Shown: positions 12,201-25,300, counted from the first letter of the stretch. The stretch: DNA of 64,000 nt from Azolla caroliniana (GCA_043228905.1 JBHGNT010000020.1:14694001-14758000), one strand, 5' to 3'. Notes: a model not told the origin generated them from the sequence alone. Translations and numbers: made by a program.

Positions 12201-12868
12201 CAAGGTTGTTAGGTACGTTACGTACGGTATGGATACCATAGGTATTTAACGTATTAATACCCGTATAGTACCTCCCAATTTAAAAATACGTTTTCTTAAT
12301 ATGTTAAATACTTATAAAATAAGTATTTTACGTATAATACATTATGTAAGTGTGAGTGTGTCGACATCCCCTTATTCTACAAATCAGTGTAAGTGTGTAT
12401 CACGATGTTCTACTTCAAATTGTAATTATTTACAATTATGCCTTCATAGATTGAGGAATCGTCTACGATTATCACACTCATGATAAGTTTCACTTTTCTT
12501 CGTTTTCTTCTTCTTCTTCTTCTATCTTTTGCAATTATCACACTCAGGACAGGTTTATGTCTTCTTTTTTGTCTTCTTCTTCTTCTTCTTCTTCATCTTC
12601 TTCATCGTTTTCTCTTCTTCTTCTTTCTTCCTTCCTTTGGCTTCTTTTTCACTAAAATCTTTTTTTTCTTTTGCTTTTTGTTGGGGTTTTACATACATTT
12701 TCTTTATAAATACGTATTATACCTGTTTTCTTATAAATATGTTAAATACCGTATTGGACAAATGTACATGATATTTGACTGAACAACATTGAGGTATAGT
12801 ACATACTATACAAATGATGAGATACTATACGTATTCAAACATTAAATACGGGTACGTAAACAACCATG
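12201..12868. mobile_element. Non-autonomous hAT-like DNA transposon (MITE)
   Basis: 8-bp TSD AATCAGAC (12193-12200, 12869-12876); TIRs CAAGGTTGTT / AACAACCATG; non-coding AT- and CTT-rich interior; interrupts the RT of Z. Confidence 0.9.
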
Positions 12869-13896
12869 AATCAGACGACCAAGACTCTTCGACTCTCCCA
12901 GCTCAAATACATCCGCAAGGTGCTGAAGTGCTTCAACATGGAGAATGCAAAGCCAACACCAACACCAATTCCGACTTCAATCAGACTATTGGACAGAGAC
13001 TCTCCTGCAACAGACAAGGAGAGAGAGCTTAATGGAAACATACCCTACACATCGGCAATAGGAAGTATCATGTACGCAATAGTGGCGATCCGACCCGACC
13101 TAACCTATGACGTAGGGGTGGTCTACTGGTACATGTCAAACCCAGGAAAGAAGCATTGGGAGACCTTGAAGCACATCCTTAGGTATCGACAGATGCAAAG
13201 CTAACTTTCGATTTGACAACCTCAACCAAAGTCGAAGGCTACACTGATTCCTACTATGTTGGAAATACAGATAATCGGAAATCAACATCAGGCTACATCT
13301 TCACCTATGGTGGCGGTGTAATATTATGGAGGTTGAAACTTCAAGAGTGCACGGCTCTACCACAGAAGCCAAGTACATATCAGCATTAGATGCAGCGAAG
13401 GAAGCGATCTAGCTGTATCGATTGTCTGCCAACTTCGGAACTGCAGGCTGAATCGACCGACCAACACCGACCACCTATTGCGACTCACAGAGCACAATAC
13501 ACCTCATCAACAATCCCGTCTATAATGCGAAGATGAAGCACATTGAGGTGCGGTATCATCACATCCGGGAGCTCGTGACCGAGAAGAAGCTTGAAGTCCG
13601 GAAGATCGACAACGAGGTGAACATCGTTGATTGCCTGACAAAGCCACTTCCAGATCAACGCTTCAAAACACTAAGGACGAAGATGGGAGTACGACATGCG
13701 ATCGAGCAAAAGAAAGCCGAACAAGGAGCAGCAGGTAAGAGTTGATCGACACTTATACTATACCTCTTCCGACTCGGCTACTTGCCGACTGACTTCTGGC
13801 ATAAAACATAGTTTAATTTTGTAATCTAGGTTCATGGGTGAGATCACCCCAGGCATTTGTATATGTATGAAAGAGTAGTCCTTTTACGGGGGAGTT

Positions 13897-14182
13897 TGTT
13901 GGCATGAAAGGTCGACTCCTTCCAAATTGTATCCGTCCGAGTGTGAATTCCTTAATAAGTTAGGGCTTAGTATATAAGCAAATACCTAACATTGTAACAG
14001 AGTGACGAAGTGATGAAGAGTATTGTGTCTCTGAGAGAGAGAGAGAACAAAGGAAAAAAGCTCTCCATTAAATCTCACTCTGTGTAAGTCTCTTCCTATT
14101 CTTTTTTTTGTCTGTGTTCTTTGTTGTTCATAGTCGACAACAGATCCATACACGTTTCCACCAAATACAGTCGTTATCAACA
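13897..14182 (+). repeat. 3' LTR of copia element Z
   Basis: Follows the PPT; TGTTG/CAACA termini; TATATAA inside. Confidence 0.8.
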
Positions 14183-14376
14183 CGAGCAGATCCCCCTCTT
14201 CTATATTCTTAGGCCGAATTCTGTAAGTTTGATCAAAACGAGTTTTAATCTTTAGTCGAGCCTCCTTGAATCGTTGAGCTACTAATTCTATATCCTCAGG
14301 TCGACGCTCTAATTGTTGAATTCACAAAGCAAGCAATTCCTCTCTGCTCACCTCTTCTCTCCATGGAATAGATGTC

Positions 14377-14845
14377 CGTTACCGATTAGGAACATGGCCT
14401 ACGGTCAGTCCTTCGACCTAGACCTCAAAGCGACTGTGTTGCAACGAATGGTATCGTCATAGTGTAATACTTAGTGGGATACCTCCCGTATCCTAGTAGC
14501 GTATAAGGGAGTCGGCTACAACCGAACTCCTTAGACCGTGGACTAGCAACCACACTATTACTCACGCCTACGCTCTTACGACTACGCTATGCCACCAAGA
14601 ATCATAGACACAGAGTAGATTAACCAAAAATACGCACAGGGATCAGAGAAGATAGAACTCTATTAAGATACGCCCTTTACATTCAAAATTACACGCTACC
14701 TCTATCAGAGGTTTTCTGCCCTTTATATACGCAGGGTCTTTTAGTCGGTCACGCTTCCCGCGTGAACCGTTTACATGCGTTACAATATTACGATATTCTA
14801 TATTTCTGCACTCTTGTCCATCGGTTACTATTCTGGCGGACAACA
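14377..14845 (-). repeat. 3' LTR of element B
   Basis: Direct repeat of 32966-33415; first base T>C. Confidence 0.95.
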
Positions 14846-14847
14846 CC

Positions 14848-14864
14848 TGGCACGCTTGGGGGAC
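14848..14864 (+). promoter_or_regulatory. Second (antisense) PBS-like motif TGGCACGCTTGGGGGAC at the PPT position of element B
   Basis: 2 nt inside the 3' LTR; first 12 nt identical to the element's own 5' PBS (32948-32961, minus strand); no adjacent PPT. Confidence 0.8.
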
Positions 14865-15024
14865 AGTGGCATGGCACATCTAACCTGCGCCCATCTTTCC
14901 TGTCCAATCTCCGCCGTTTTGGCCTCAGGCTTTCCTGACGTGGTTCGGCTTCTGGCTCCTATGCCGCTTCCTCGGTGCGCTCAGCCTGCTCTTTTTGAGT
15001 TGTTCGCATGTTTGGCTCGACGGG

Positions 15025-15819
15025 TTAGGGTTCATCCTCCCACTCTATGGTGGCTAACTCCGCTAAGCTTCGCTTCGCGGATTGTGGCGGCGACGTGGGT
15101 TTGCTGGGTTGCGGTGCCGGCAGACCTCGGGGTGGGAATAGTATCGTCAAATACTGTTGTATGATAGGCTTGAGCTTTTTGCCTCCTTGATACGCGTGCA
15201 AGCCTTCCCATAACGTTGGCCCCGTAATAACACCCAAATCGACCGTACGCCCTTCAAAGGTATCAATGATGATACCTGCCTTCTTCTTGGGCATCCCATA
15301 TGCGTTTACATGTACACATCTGACGTCCAACAAGAACTTGGCGATTTCGCGGAAAAAGGGGTATGGGATCTCCTTCGTTCTATATGCCTTGGTGGATGAC
15401 GAATATGGACCGAAATATCTCTGCAAAGATTCCGTAGGAGGGATATCAAAGTGCCTTTCACCTAGTGATGACAGGTCCAACTTTTTTCGGATGTATGAGT
15501 TGGTGACCGTGTCGATGTTGAGCTTCCTAGCGATGTCCAGTGCGTCAGGGTGCGGAGGTGCCTCGGCAACTCTGATGTACCCATCCAAGTGTTTCTCCAC
15601 GAGCCATCGACGCAAGGCGGCAGAGATGGGTATCGTCATAGTCAAAATAGGCTTGTGGCTAATGGGTGAGGATTGTTGGCTATGGCGAACTTGGGCTCTG
15701 TGATAGAATGGCGAAGAGGGTGAGGAAGCAGAGCAATGAGAGCAATGAGAGTTAGAAGGTGGGTTTCTGTATTGTGTAGAAAACCTTCTATTTCCTTCTT
15801 TTTGTGGCCTAGGGTTCAT
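15025..15819 (-). CDS. Extra ORF3 of element B (homologue of the A ORF3 N-domain; likely start ~15640)
   Basis: LRRWLVEKHLDGYIRVAEAPPH...KKAGIIIDTFEGRTVD aligns with A's AKKWLRQHGLEGFLTIMEAPPH...NRAGLIIATYEGVKVD. Confidence 0.7.
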   Translation of the reverse strand: MNPRPQKEGNRRFSTQYRNPPSNSHCSHCSASSPSSPFYHRAQVRHSQQSSPISHKPILTMTIPISAALRRWLVEKHLDGYIRVAEAPPHPDALDIARKLNIDTVTNSYIRKKLDLSSLGERHFDIPPTESLQRYFGPYSSSTKAYRTKEIPYPFFREIAKFLLDVRCVHVNAYGMPKKKAGIIIDTFEGRTVDLGVITGPTLWEGLHAYQGGKKLKPIIQQYLTILFPPRGLPAPQPSKPTSPPQSAKRSLAELATIEWEDEP

Positions 15820-16088
15820 TGGTCGGTGAGCTATCGTCGTGCCACATGTTCTTGGCCTAGAAGTCTGTGCATGCCTTATGTCCTTTTAATAGCGTCGGTA
15901 TCTTCTCTTTCTTTCTTTTTTTTCGTAACGGTTACATACAATACTATTTTTACACTATAATACAAGTGGGGCCGTCTACTTACTCCGCGTATTCTACGGC
16001 TTTGTCCTGTCCGGCGGGGAACGGGTTAGGTGGAGTAGGTCCAAGAAAAGGTTTCAAGCGAAACCCATTCAGTTTTTGACGTAACACT

Positions 16089-19000
16089 TGTTGGGAGAAA
16101 GGTCCCTGCGGATGGGAAGGGAGAAGAACAGTGCCGATGAACAAGCTCGGCCGAGGCCGACAGGCTGAGGCCGAAACCGGATGAGGAGTACTCGGCTACG
16201 GAGAGCCGGATGATACAGACCCGATGAAGACCGGATGAGGAGTACCCCGTTACGGAGAACCAGATGGTTCAGACCCGGTGAGAACCAGATGAAGAGACAT
16301 ATTCGTAAATATGTTTCTGAGAGTCCATCGAGGCTATATTTGTAAATAGCCGAGAAGTCATATTAGTATAAATATGACTTAGGGCAAACTTTTATAGGTA
16401 GTTGTCATTCTTGTTTGAAAAAGAATAGAGAGAGCGCGTAACTGTGTACAGAGAGAGAGAGAGAGAGAGAGAAAGAGGTCGTTGCCTCTGTTGTAACCGC
16501 CGCCTGTGGCGAAGATCTGTGAGCACGAGGTCGTTGCCTCAGTGAAGTCACTGTTGTACATTCTTACATAGTGACAGTTTGCAGTCAGTGGGCTGTCGTC
16601 GTTTTTCCCTTAGTTTGGGGTTTTCCACGTAAACCTCCTGTGTATCTTCCTCTTCTTTGTGTCGTGTTTTATTTCCTGTTTTTCTGTGTATCATTCTAAA
16701 GTCGGTTGTGGCTGAGCGTTGTGCATAAGGAGCGTTGAGTTCCCGTCAAGTGGTATCAGAGCAAAACGACACAGAAAATGGACGAATCGTTTGGCGGCAT
16801 GTTCAAGCTCACCGGCTCCAATTATTCAGTGTGGAAGTCGAAGATGAGGGACATGCTCGTGGTTAAAGACCTCTGGCTGCCGGTTCAGTTCGGGGACAAG
16901 AGACCGGACAAAATCGACGGCGTGATATGGGAGGTGATGCACATGAAGACAATGGCGTACATACGGTGCTTCATCGACATGAGCCTGTACAACAACTTCA
17001 ATGAAGAGAGCAAGGCTCATGAGCTCTGGGAGAAGATCGGCATAATGTTTCAGAACAAAAACGTTGTTAATCCGGTGTCGGTATTCCGGAAGCTAGTAAG
17101 ACTCCGGTACCAAGATGGCTCCAGCATGGCGGAGCACATGAATGCCTTCCAGGGGCTGATCCACCAGGCAACTTCATTGGAAGTACCTCTCACGGATGAG
17201 GTACTAGCGTTACTCCTGCTCGGTTCCCTCCCGGATAGTTGGGAGACGTTGGTTGTCACTTTGAGGAACGCTGGGCCGGAAGGAAAGCGGTTATCTCTAG
17301 CTAGAGTAAAGTCGAGCTTGCTAGATGAGGAGGTGCGTCGGAAGGATAAAGATACGAGCTCCGACTCCAAAGCGCTCCTTAGCGAATCGGAACGCAGAAG
17401 AAATAGAAACTGTAGTCCCCAGAACCGGGACAAGTCGGGGACACGGTCAAAGTCAAGGGGGAGGCCCACTTGCTTCTATTGCGGCAAGCCGGGACACTTC
17501 CAAAAGAACTGTCAGCATTTCCGGAAAGATAAGGAGACCGATGGTACCGATTCGAAGCGGACCCCGGACCGGAACGGTAAAGACCAGAGGGGGCCGGACC
17601 GGAAGGGAACGACGGCAATCGTGGCAAGTGAAGAGGAGTTGATGCTCATCACCGAGGAGAGTGAGATAAACCTTGCCGGCGACGAGATGACCTGGGTGGT
17701 AGACTCCGGAGTGTCGTTCCACCTTACCCTGGACCGAAAATGCTTCTCATCCTACTCAGCCGGTGATCACGGCTGTGTCTGGATGGGGAATGAAGGTACA
17801 TGCCAAATGGTCGGCAAGGGAGACGTGTGGCTGTTGACACCAACCGGATGCAAGTTGCTGCTGAGGGATGTCCAACACGTTCCGGAGGTTCGACTGAACC
17901 TGATATCAGCCGGTTGGCTAGATGATGAGGGCTACATGGGTAGCATCCGGAACGGTGTCATGAAGTTTAGCAAAGGGAGCCTGATTGTGGCTCGGGCCCG
18001 GAAGGTAAACACACTGTACCTGATGAATGCCCGGTTATGCCCGGAAGAAGTGAACGTGGTTTCCGACACTGCCAGTGAGCTATGGCAGAAGAGGCTGTGT
18101 CATATGAGCGAGAAGGGGATGAAGAGGCTTGCAGACGACAACTTCATTCCAGTGAAGAACGTGCACTTAGAGAAGTGCACTGATTGTCTGGCCGGTAAGC
18201 AGAACTGGACCTCCTTCCGACCAAGGCCACCGATGAGACGTAATGCACCACTAGAGTTGGTGCATACGGATGTGTGTCAAGTAGACACGAAGTCCCATGC
18301 CGGAGCGCAGTACTTTGTGACGTTCATAGATGACCACAGCCGGAAGCTGTGGGCCACACCGTTGAAGACGAAGGATCAGGTGTTATCCGTCTTCAAAGAG
18401 CTCCACGCGAGAGTGGAAAGAGAAACCGGCCGGAAGCTGAAGGTGGTTTGAGCAGATAACGGAGGAGAATATCGGGGACAGTTCGAGGAGTACTGCCGCT
18501 CGAAGGGAATCCGGCTCGAATTTACCGTGCCGAAGACGCCGGAACTAAACGGACTGGCCGAGAGGATGAACCGGACCATAATGGAGAGGGTCCGGAGTAT
18601 CCTAGCGCATGCAAAACTACCCAAGAAGTTTTGGGCTGAGGCACTGTCGACGGCGACATACGTGATAAATAGATCGCCCTTAGTACCCTTGGACGGAGAC
18701 ACGCCACAGAGAGTGTGAACCGGTAAGGAAGTATCCTACCGGCATCTGAAGGTGTTCGGGTGTCTCGTGTACGTGCATGTAGCTAAGGACCGGAGAGGAA
18801 AGTTAGATCCAAAGACCCGGCCATGCATATTCCTCGGTTATGGTGACGATGAGTTCGGCTACCGAGTGTGGGACTTGGTCGACAAGAAGATATTCCGGAG
18901 TCGAGATATTATCTTCATGGAGAACAAGACGCTCGCCGACTGGGAGTCGAAGAAGAAGATAATGAACTCTGAGTCGACCGGTAAGCATCGACTCTATGAT

Positions 19001-21633
19001 GAGCAGACCCAACCGGCAAGAGACCGGTTAGCACTCGAGGGACCAGACGGTTACGGTGAGGACACCGAATGGGCTGAAGAAGAAGTAGAGGAAGCTGAAA
19101 CCGGAACCGGCCAAGACCCCGAATCGGATTCGGATGAAGAGCATATGGATGAGCCGGTCACCGAAGCCCAGAGACGGAGATATCCTCTCAGAGAGAGAAG
19201 GGCCCCCCGGAGATTTCCGGATGCAGAGCATGTTCTGCTGACCGATGAGGGGGAGCCGGATAGCTTCGAAGAAGCGAAGGAAGACACCCACAGCCGAAAA
19301 TGGTTAAGTGCCATGCAGGATGAGATGGATTCCCTGCATGAGAACCATACGTACGAATTGGTGGAGTTGCCGAAAGGAAAGAGGGCACTCCGAAACAAGT
19401 GGTTGTACAAGTTGAAACCGGGAGATGCCGGCAACCCCCCGAGATACAAAGCCAGGATCGTGGTGAAGGGGTTCCAGCAGAAGAAGGGCGTGGACTTCGA
19501 CGAGATATTTGCCCCAGTAGTAAAGATGACCTCCATCCGGACGGTGTTGAGTATAGCAGCAAGCATGGACCTCGAGGTAGAGGAGCTGGACGTGAAGATG
19601 GCATTCCTTCACGACGACCTCAAAGAGGAGATCTACATGCAACAACTAGAAGGATTCGTGGAGAAAGGGAAGGAGCACCTGGTATGTAGGTTGAAGAAGA
19701 GCCTGTACGGACTGAAGCAGGCTCCCCGACAATGGTACCGGAAGTTCGACTCCTTCATAACCAATCAAGGTTACCACAAGACGCACGCCGATCACTGCGT
19801 GTTTGTGAAGAAATTCGAAGGAGGCGACTTCTTGATACTCCTTCTGTACGTGGATGACATGTTGATCGTCGGACGTGACCAAGTCAAAATACGGATGCTG
19901 AAGAAGGCTCTCAACCGGACCTTCTCAATGAAAGACTTCGGTCCGGCAAGATAGATGTTGGGGATGCACATCATCCGGAACCGGTCAGCGAAGCAATTAT
20001 GGCTGTCACAGGAGAAGTATGTGACAAAGGTGCTTCACCGGTTCAACATGTCAGAAGCGAAACCGGTTGGATCGACACTTCCGGCAAACTGCAGGCTATC
20101 CGGCAAGCAAAGCCCGAAGATGAAAGCAGAGAAGGTGGATATGATGAAGATTCCATATGCCTCTGCCGTTGGAATCTTGATGTACGCAATGGTTTGTACC
20201 CGACCGGATATAGGATACGCAGTCGGAGTGGTGAGCCAGTTCATGAGTAATCCCGGCAAGGAGCACTGGAACGCGGTCAAATGGATACTCCGATATTTGA
20301 AGGGCACTTCAAATATGTGTCTCCGATTCGGCTCCGGAAAACCTCAATTGGACGGTTTCACCGATCCGGACATGTCGGCTAATGTGGATACCAGCCGATC
20401 TACATCCGGGTATGTAATGACATATGTAGGGGGAGCTGTTTCGTGGCAGTCGAGGCTGCAGAAGACGGTGGCATTGTCAACCACAGAGGCGGAGTACATG
20501 GCGGCTGTGGAAGCCGGCAAGGAAATATTATGGATGAAGAACTTCATCGAAGAGCTCGGTATCCGGCAAGAGGAATACCGACTCTATTGCGACAGTCAAA
20601 GTGCCATCCACCTTGCTAAGAATGCGGCCTACCATTCCCGGACGAAGCATATCGAGCGGAGGTATCACTGGATTCGGGAAAGAGTAGACGACCAGGAGTT
20701 CGCACTGACGAAGATCCACACGGCCGAGAACGGGTCAGATATGCTGACCAAAGTGCTGATACCCGACAAGCTGAACGCATGCCGGAAGAGGATCGGACTA
20801 GTAAGACACCCCATGTCGGAGTGAAGGGGGAGTTTGTTGGGAGAAAGGTCCCTCCGGATGGGAAGGGAGAAGAACAGTGCCGATGAACAAGCTCGGCCGA
20901 GGCCGAAACCGGATGAGGAGTACCGGGCTACGGAGAGCCAGATGGTGCAGACCTGGTATGAACCGGATGAGGAGTACCCGGCTACGGAGAGCCGGATGAT
21001 ACAGACCCGGTGAAGACCGGATGAGGAGTACCCGGCTAGGGAGAGCCGGATGATACAGACCCGGTGAAGACCGGATGAGGAGTACCCGGCTACGGAGAGC
21101 CGGATGATACAGACCCGGTGAAGACCGGATGAGGAGTACCTGGTTACGGAGAACCGGATGGTTCAGACCCGGTGAGAACCGGATGAAGAGACATATTCGT
21201 AAATATGTTTCTGAGAGTTCATCGAGGCTATATTTGTAAATAGCCAAAAAGTCATATTAGTATAAATATGACTTAGGGAAACTTTTATAGGTAGTTGTCA
21301 TTCTTGTTTGAAAAAGAATAGAGAGAGCACGTAACTGTGTACAGAGAGAGAGAGAGAAAGAGGGCGTTGCCTCTGTTGTAACCGCCGCCTGTGGCGAAGA
21401 TCTGTGAGCACGAGGTCGTTGCCTTAGTGAACTCACTGTTGTACATTCTTACATAGTGACAGTTTGCAGCCTATGGGCTGCCGTGGTTTTTCCCCTAGTT
21501 TGGGGTTTTCCACGTAAACCTCCTGTGTATCTTCCTCTTCTTTGTGTCGTGTTTTATTTACCGTTTTTCTGTGTATCATTCTAAACTCGGTTGTGGCCGA
21601 GCGTTGTGCATAAGGAGCGTTGAGTTCCCGTCA
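16089..21633 (+). mobile_element. Full-length Ty1/copia element J
   Basis: LTRs 16089-16748 and 20835-21633; TSD ACACT; PBS TGGTATCAGAGC (tRNA-iMet) at 16751; PPT GAAGGGGGAGTT at 20823-20834. Confidence 0.97.
16778..20824 (+). pseudogene. gag-pol: gag-pol of copia J with three in-frame stops (18449, 18716, 19952)
   Basis: CFYCGKPGHFQKNC knuckle, WVVDSG protease, INT LVHTD/FIDD/GLAER, RT YVDD, RH SRTKHI; single reading frame. Confidence 0.95.
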
Positions 21634-22355
21634 ACACTTCCCCGGCCAATGTGCCAAGTTGAAACGTTCCCTGTTCTGCTCCCACTATCTAGTACGGGCC
21701 TGTCCAGCGGAATCGTAATTTTCCTGGCATATGCCCCATGCGTGTTTGGAAAACTAATACTCCTTTACCAACCGTAAAGTCTTTTTCACACGTATGCCGG
21801 TGTTGGTCCATGAATGCTTTGTGCCGCTGCTGATCCTGCTCTAATATGGCCATACTGTGTAACCTTGTTTGTCCTAGTTCTAGCAGTTGTTGTAGCCGTA
21901 CTTGTTCAAATTTGCCCTCGGTAGCCGGGCTTGTACTTGAATCCACAAACTAGGTACCTAAAATTCGACTGGCATCACGGCCTCTAGACCAAATGCTAGC
22001 CGGAAAGGTGTTAATTGTATGCTAGTCTTATAGCTGGTACGGTGTGCCCAGAGTGCATTGTGCAATTTGGTATCCCAATCCGTTCTGTTCTCATTGACCA
22101 TCTTTTTGAGGATAGTTTGTAGGGTTTTGTTCGTGGATTCCGCTAAGCCATTTGCCTGAGGGTAATACGACTAACTTTTTTTGTCAACCACGGCGTAATG
22201 TTGGGTCAGTTGGCTGATGACCATATTGAGGAAGTGACTCCCTTGGTCACTAATGAGCTCGATAGGGCAGCCAAAACGACACCAGATTTGTTCGTAAAGG
22301 AATTTCGCCATGACTGCCGCGGTATTCTCGCGTAGTGGTTTCACTTCTACCCACT

Positions 22356-25300
22356 TGATAGAAATTGACGCTTTCAATACCTTCACCTCTCGGCCACAAC
22401 CGAGGAAACACGAATCAATGCAGCAGTAAATCGAAAACACAGAGAGAGACTCGAATGCACAGGGTTTAGCGTGGAAAACCCTAGACGGGAAAAACCACGG
22501 GAATGCAAGATTCCAACTATCACTATACGCAGGGATTGTACAATGGCGAGCTGCAAGGCGACGACCTTGAGCTCGCTGTCCTCGCCACAGGCGGCGGTAT
22601 TACACAGAGGCGTCGACCTCTTCCTTTCTCTCTCTCTCTCACTCTCTCTCTCGGCTGCTCTCACTTCGCTCCCTCTAAGTGGAAAACAGAAAAATGAGCA
22701 ACAACTACAAAACTGTTTGCCCTAAGTCGTATTTATACACATATGACTTTCGGGCTATTTACAAATATAGCCTCGAGGGCCCTTGGCAAACATATTCACA
22801 AATATGTCCCCGCATCCGGATCTCTCTTCGGGTACATTCGTCATCCGGCTCCGTAGCCGGGGTCTTCATCATCCGGATCCGAAACCGGGTCTTCATCATC
22901 CGGTTCCCATACCGGGTACTCCTCATTCGGGTCTTCATTCCCGATTCCCGGACATCTGACCATCCCATCCGGAGGGACCGTAATCCCAACAAACTCCCCC
23001 TTCACTTCGGCATGGGATGTCTTTCCAGTCCGACCCTCTTCCGGCACGCTTCCAGCTTGTCGGGTGTGAGCACTTTGGTCAGCATATCTGACCCGTTCTC
23101 GTCCGTGTGGATCTTCGTGAGCACGAACTCCTGGTCTTCTATCCTTTCCCGGATCCAGTGATATCTTCGCTGGATGTGCTTCGTCCGGGAGTGATAGGCC
23201 GTGTTCTTCGCAAGGTGGATGGCACTCTGACTGTCGCAGTAGAGTCGGTACTCCTCCTGCCGGATACCGAGCTCTCTAATGAAGTCCTTCATCCATATTA
23301 TTTCCTTGCCGGCTTCAGCAGCCGCCATGTACTCCGCCTCCGTGGTTGACAACGCAACCGTCTTCTGCAGCCTCGACTGCCACGAAACAGCTCCCCCTGC
23401 ATACGTCATCACATACCATGATGTGGACTGGCTGGTATCTGCATCAGCCGACATATCCGAATCGGTAAAGCCGTCGAGTTCGGGCTTACCGGAGCCGAAT
23501 CGGAGGCACACGTTTGCCGTGCCCTTCAGGTATCGGAGTATCCACTTGGCCGCGTTCCAGTGCTCTTTGCCGGGATTGCTCATGTACCGGCTCACCACTC
23601 CGACTGCATATCCTATGTCCGGTCTTGTACACACCATTGCATACATCAAGCTTCCGACGGCAGAGGCATATGGTACTTTCTTCATGTCCTCCTTCTCAGC
23701 CTTTGTCTTGGGACTTTGCTTGCTGGACAACTTGCAGTTTGCCGGGAGGGTTGACCCGACCGGTCTTGCTTCCGACATGTTGAACCGGTGAAGCACCTTT
23801 GTCACGTACTTCTCCTGTGACAGCCACAACTGCTTCTTCTTCCGGTCCCGGATGATGTGCATCCCTAGTATTTGCCTCGCCGGACCCAGGTCCTTCATTG
23901 AGAAGGTTCGGTGAAGCGCTTTCTTCAGCATCCGTATCTTGACCTGGTCCCGTCCGACGATCAACATGTCGTCCACGTACAGGAGGAGTATTAGAAAGTC
24001 TCCTCCTTCGAACTTCTTCACAAACACGCAGTGATCGGACTGCGTTTTGTGGTACCCTTCGTCGGTCATGAAAGAGTCGAACTTCCGGTACCATTGCCGG
24101 GGAGCCTGCTTCAGTCCGTAAAGACTCTTCTTCAACCGGCATACCAGGTGCTCCTTCCCTTTCTTCTCGAATCCTTCCGGTTGCTGCATGTAGATCTCTT
24201 CTTCGAGGTCACCGTGAAGGAATGCCGTCTTCACGTCCATCTGTTCTACCTCGAGGTCCATGCTTGCCGCTATGCTCAGCACCGTCCGGATGGAGGTCAT
24301 CTTCACTACCGGGGCAAATATCTCGTCGAAGTCGACGCCCTTCTTCTACTGGAACCCCTTCACCACGATCCTGGCTTTGTATCTTGGGGGGTTTCCGGCA
24401 TCTCCCGGTTTCAGCTTGAACACCCACTTGTTTCGAAGTGCCCGCTTTCCTTTCGGCAACTCCACAAGTTCATATGTGTGGTTCTCATGCAGGGAATCCA
24501 TCTCCTCCTGCATGGCACTTAACCACCTGCGGCTATGGGTGTCAAGCTTTGCTTCTTCAAAACTCTCCGGCTCCCCCTCGTCGGTTAGCAGCACGTGCTC
24601 TGGTTCCGGAAATCTCCGGGGGGCCCTTCTCTCTCTTAGAGGATATCTCCGTTCTGGAGCTTCGGTAACCGGCTCCTCCGTTTCCTCTTCATCCGAATCC
24701 ATTTCGGGATCGGGGCCGGTTCCGGTATCAGTTTCATCTTCCTCGGCCGGTTCTGTTTCTTCACCGTCTTCGGCCGGATCCTCGAGTGCTAACCGGTCCC
24801 TTGCCGGTCGGAACTGCTCCTCGTAGAGTTGATCCTCACCGGTCGACTTGGAGCTCTTCATCTTCTTCTCCGACTCCCAGTCGGCGAGTGTCTTGTCCTC
24901 CATGAAGATGATATCACGACTCCGGAATATCTTCTTGTCGACCGGGTCCCATACTCGGTAGCCGAACTCGTCATCGCCGTAACTGAGGAATATGCATGGC
25001 CGGGTCTTTGGATCTAGCTTTCCTCTCCGGTCCTTTGCCACATGCACATATGCGAGACACCCGAACACCTTCAGATGCCGGTAGGATACTTCCCTACCGG
25101 TCCACACTCTCTGCGGCGTGTCTCCGTCCAAAGGTACTGAGGGTGATCTGTTTATCACGTATGTCGCCGTCGACATTGCCTCAGCCCAAAACCCCTTGGG
25201 TAATTTCGCATGCGCCAGCATACTCCGGACCCTCTCCATTATGGTCCGGTTCATCCTCTCGGCCAGCCCGTTCAGTTCCGGCGTCTTCGGCACAGTAAAC

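Larger units (their letters stand above)
1..14182 (+). mobile_element. Ty1/copia element Z (5' part outside window), degenerate INT end/RT/RNase H, split by nested insertions
   Basis: RT reads WLQAMKSEMDSIHQNQTWELVKLP...FLHG at ~650-960. It resumes GDLEEVIY...CRLKKSLY at 11823, with LYVDDMLI at ~12060 and RNase H KHIEVRYHHIRE at 13533. PPT GGGGGAGTT at 13888-13896; 3' LTR TGTTG...CAACA at 13897-14182. Many stops and frameshifts. Confidence 0.9.

Noticed and set aside
12480-12782. Hydrophobic Phe/Leu-rich ORFs
   Set aside because: Translation of the CTT microsatellite within the hAT-like MITE.
20905-21180. Regular repeats resembling a CRISPR array
   Set aside because: Head-to-tail tandem units with no unique spacers, inside a eukaryotic LTR.
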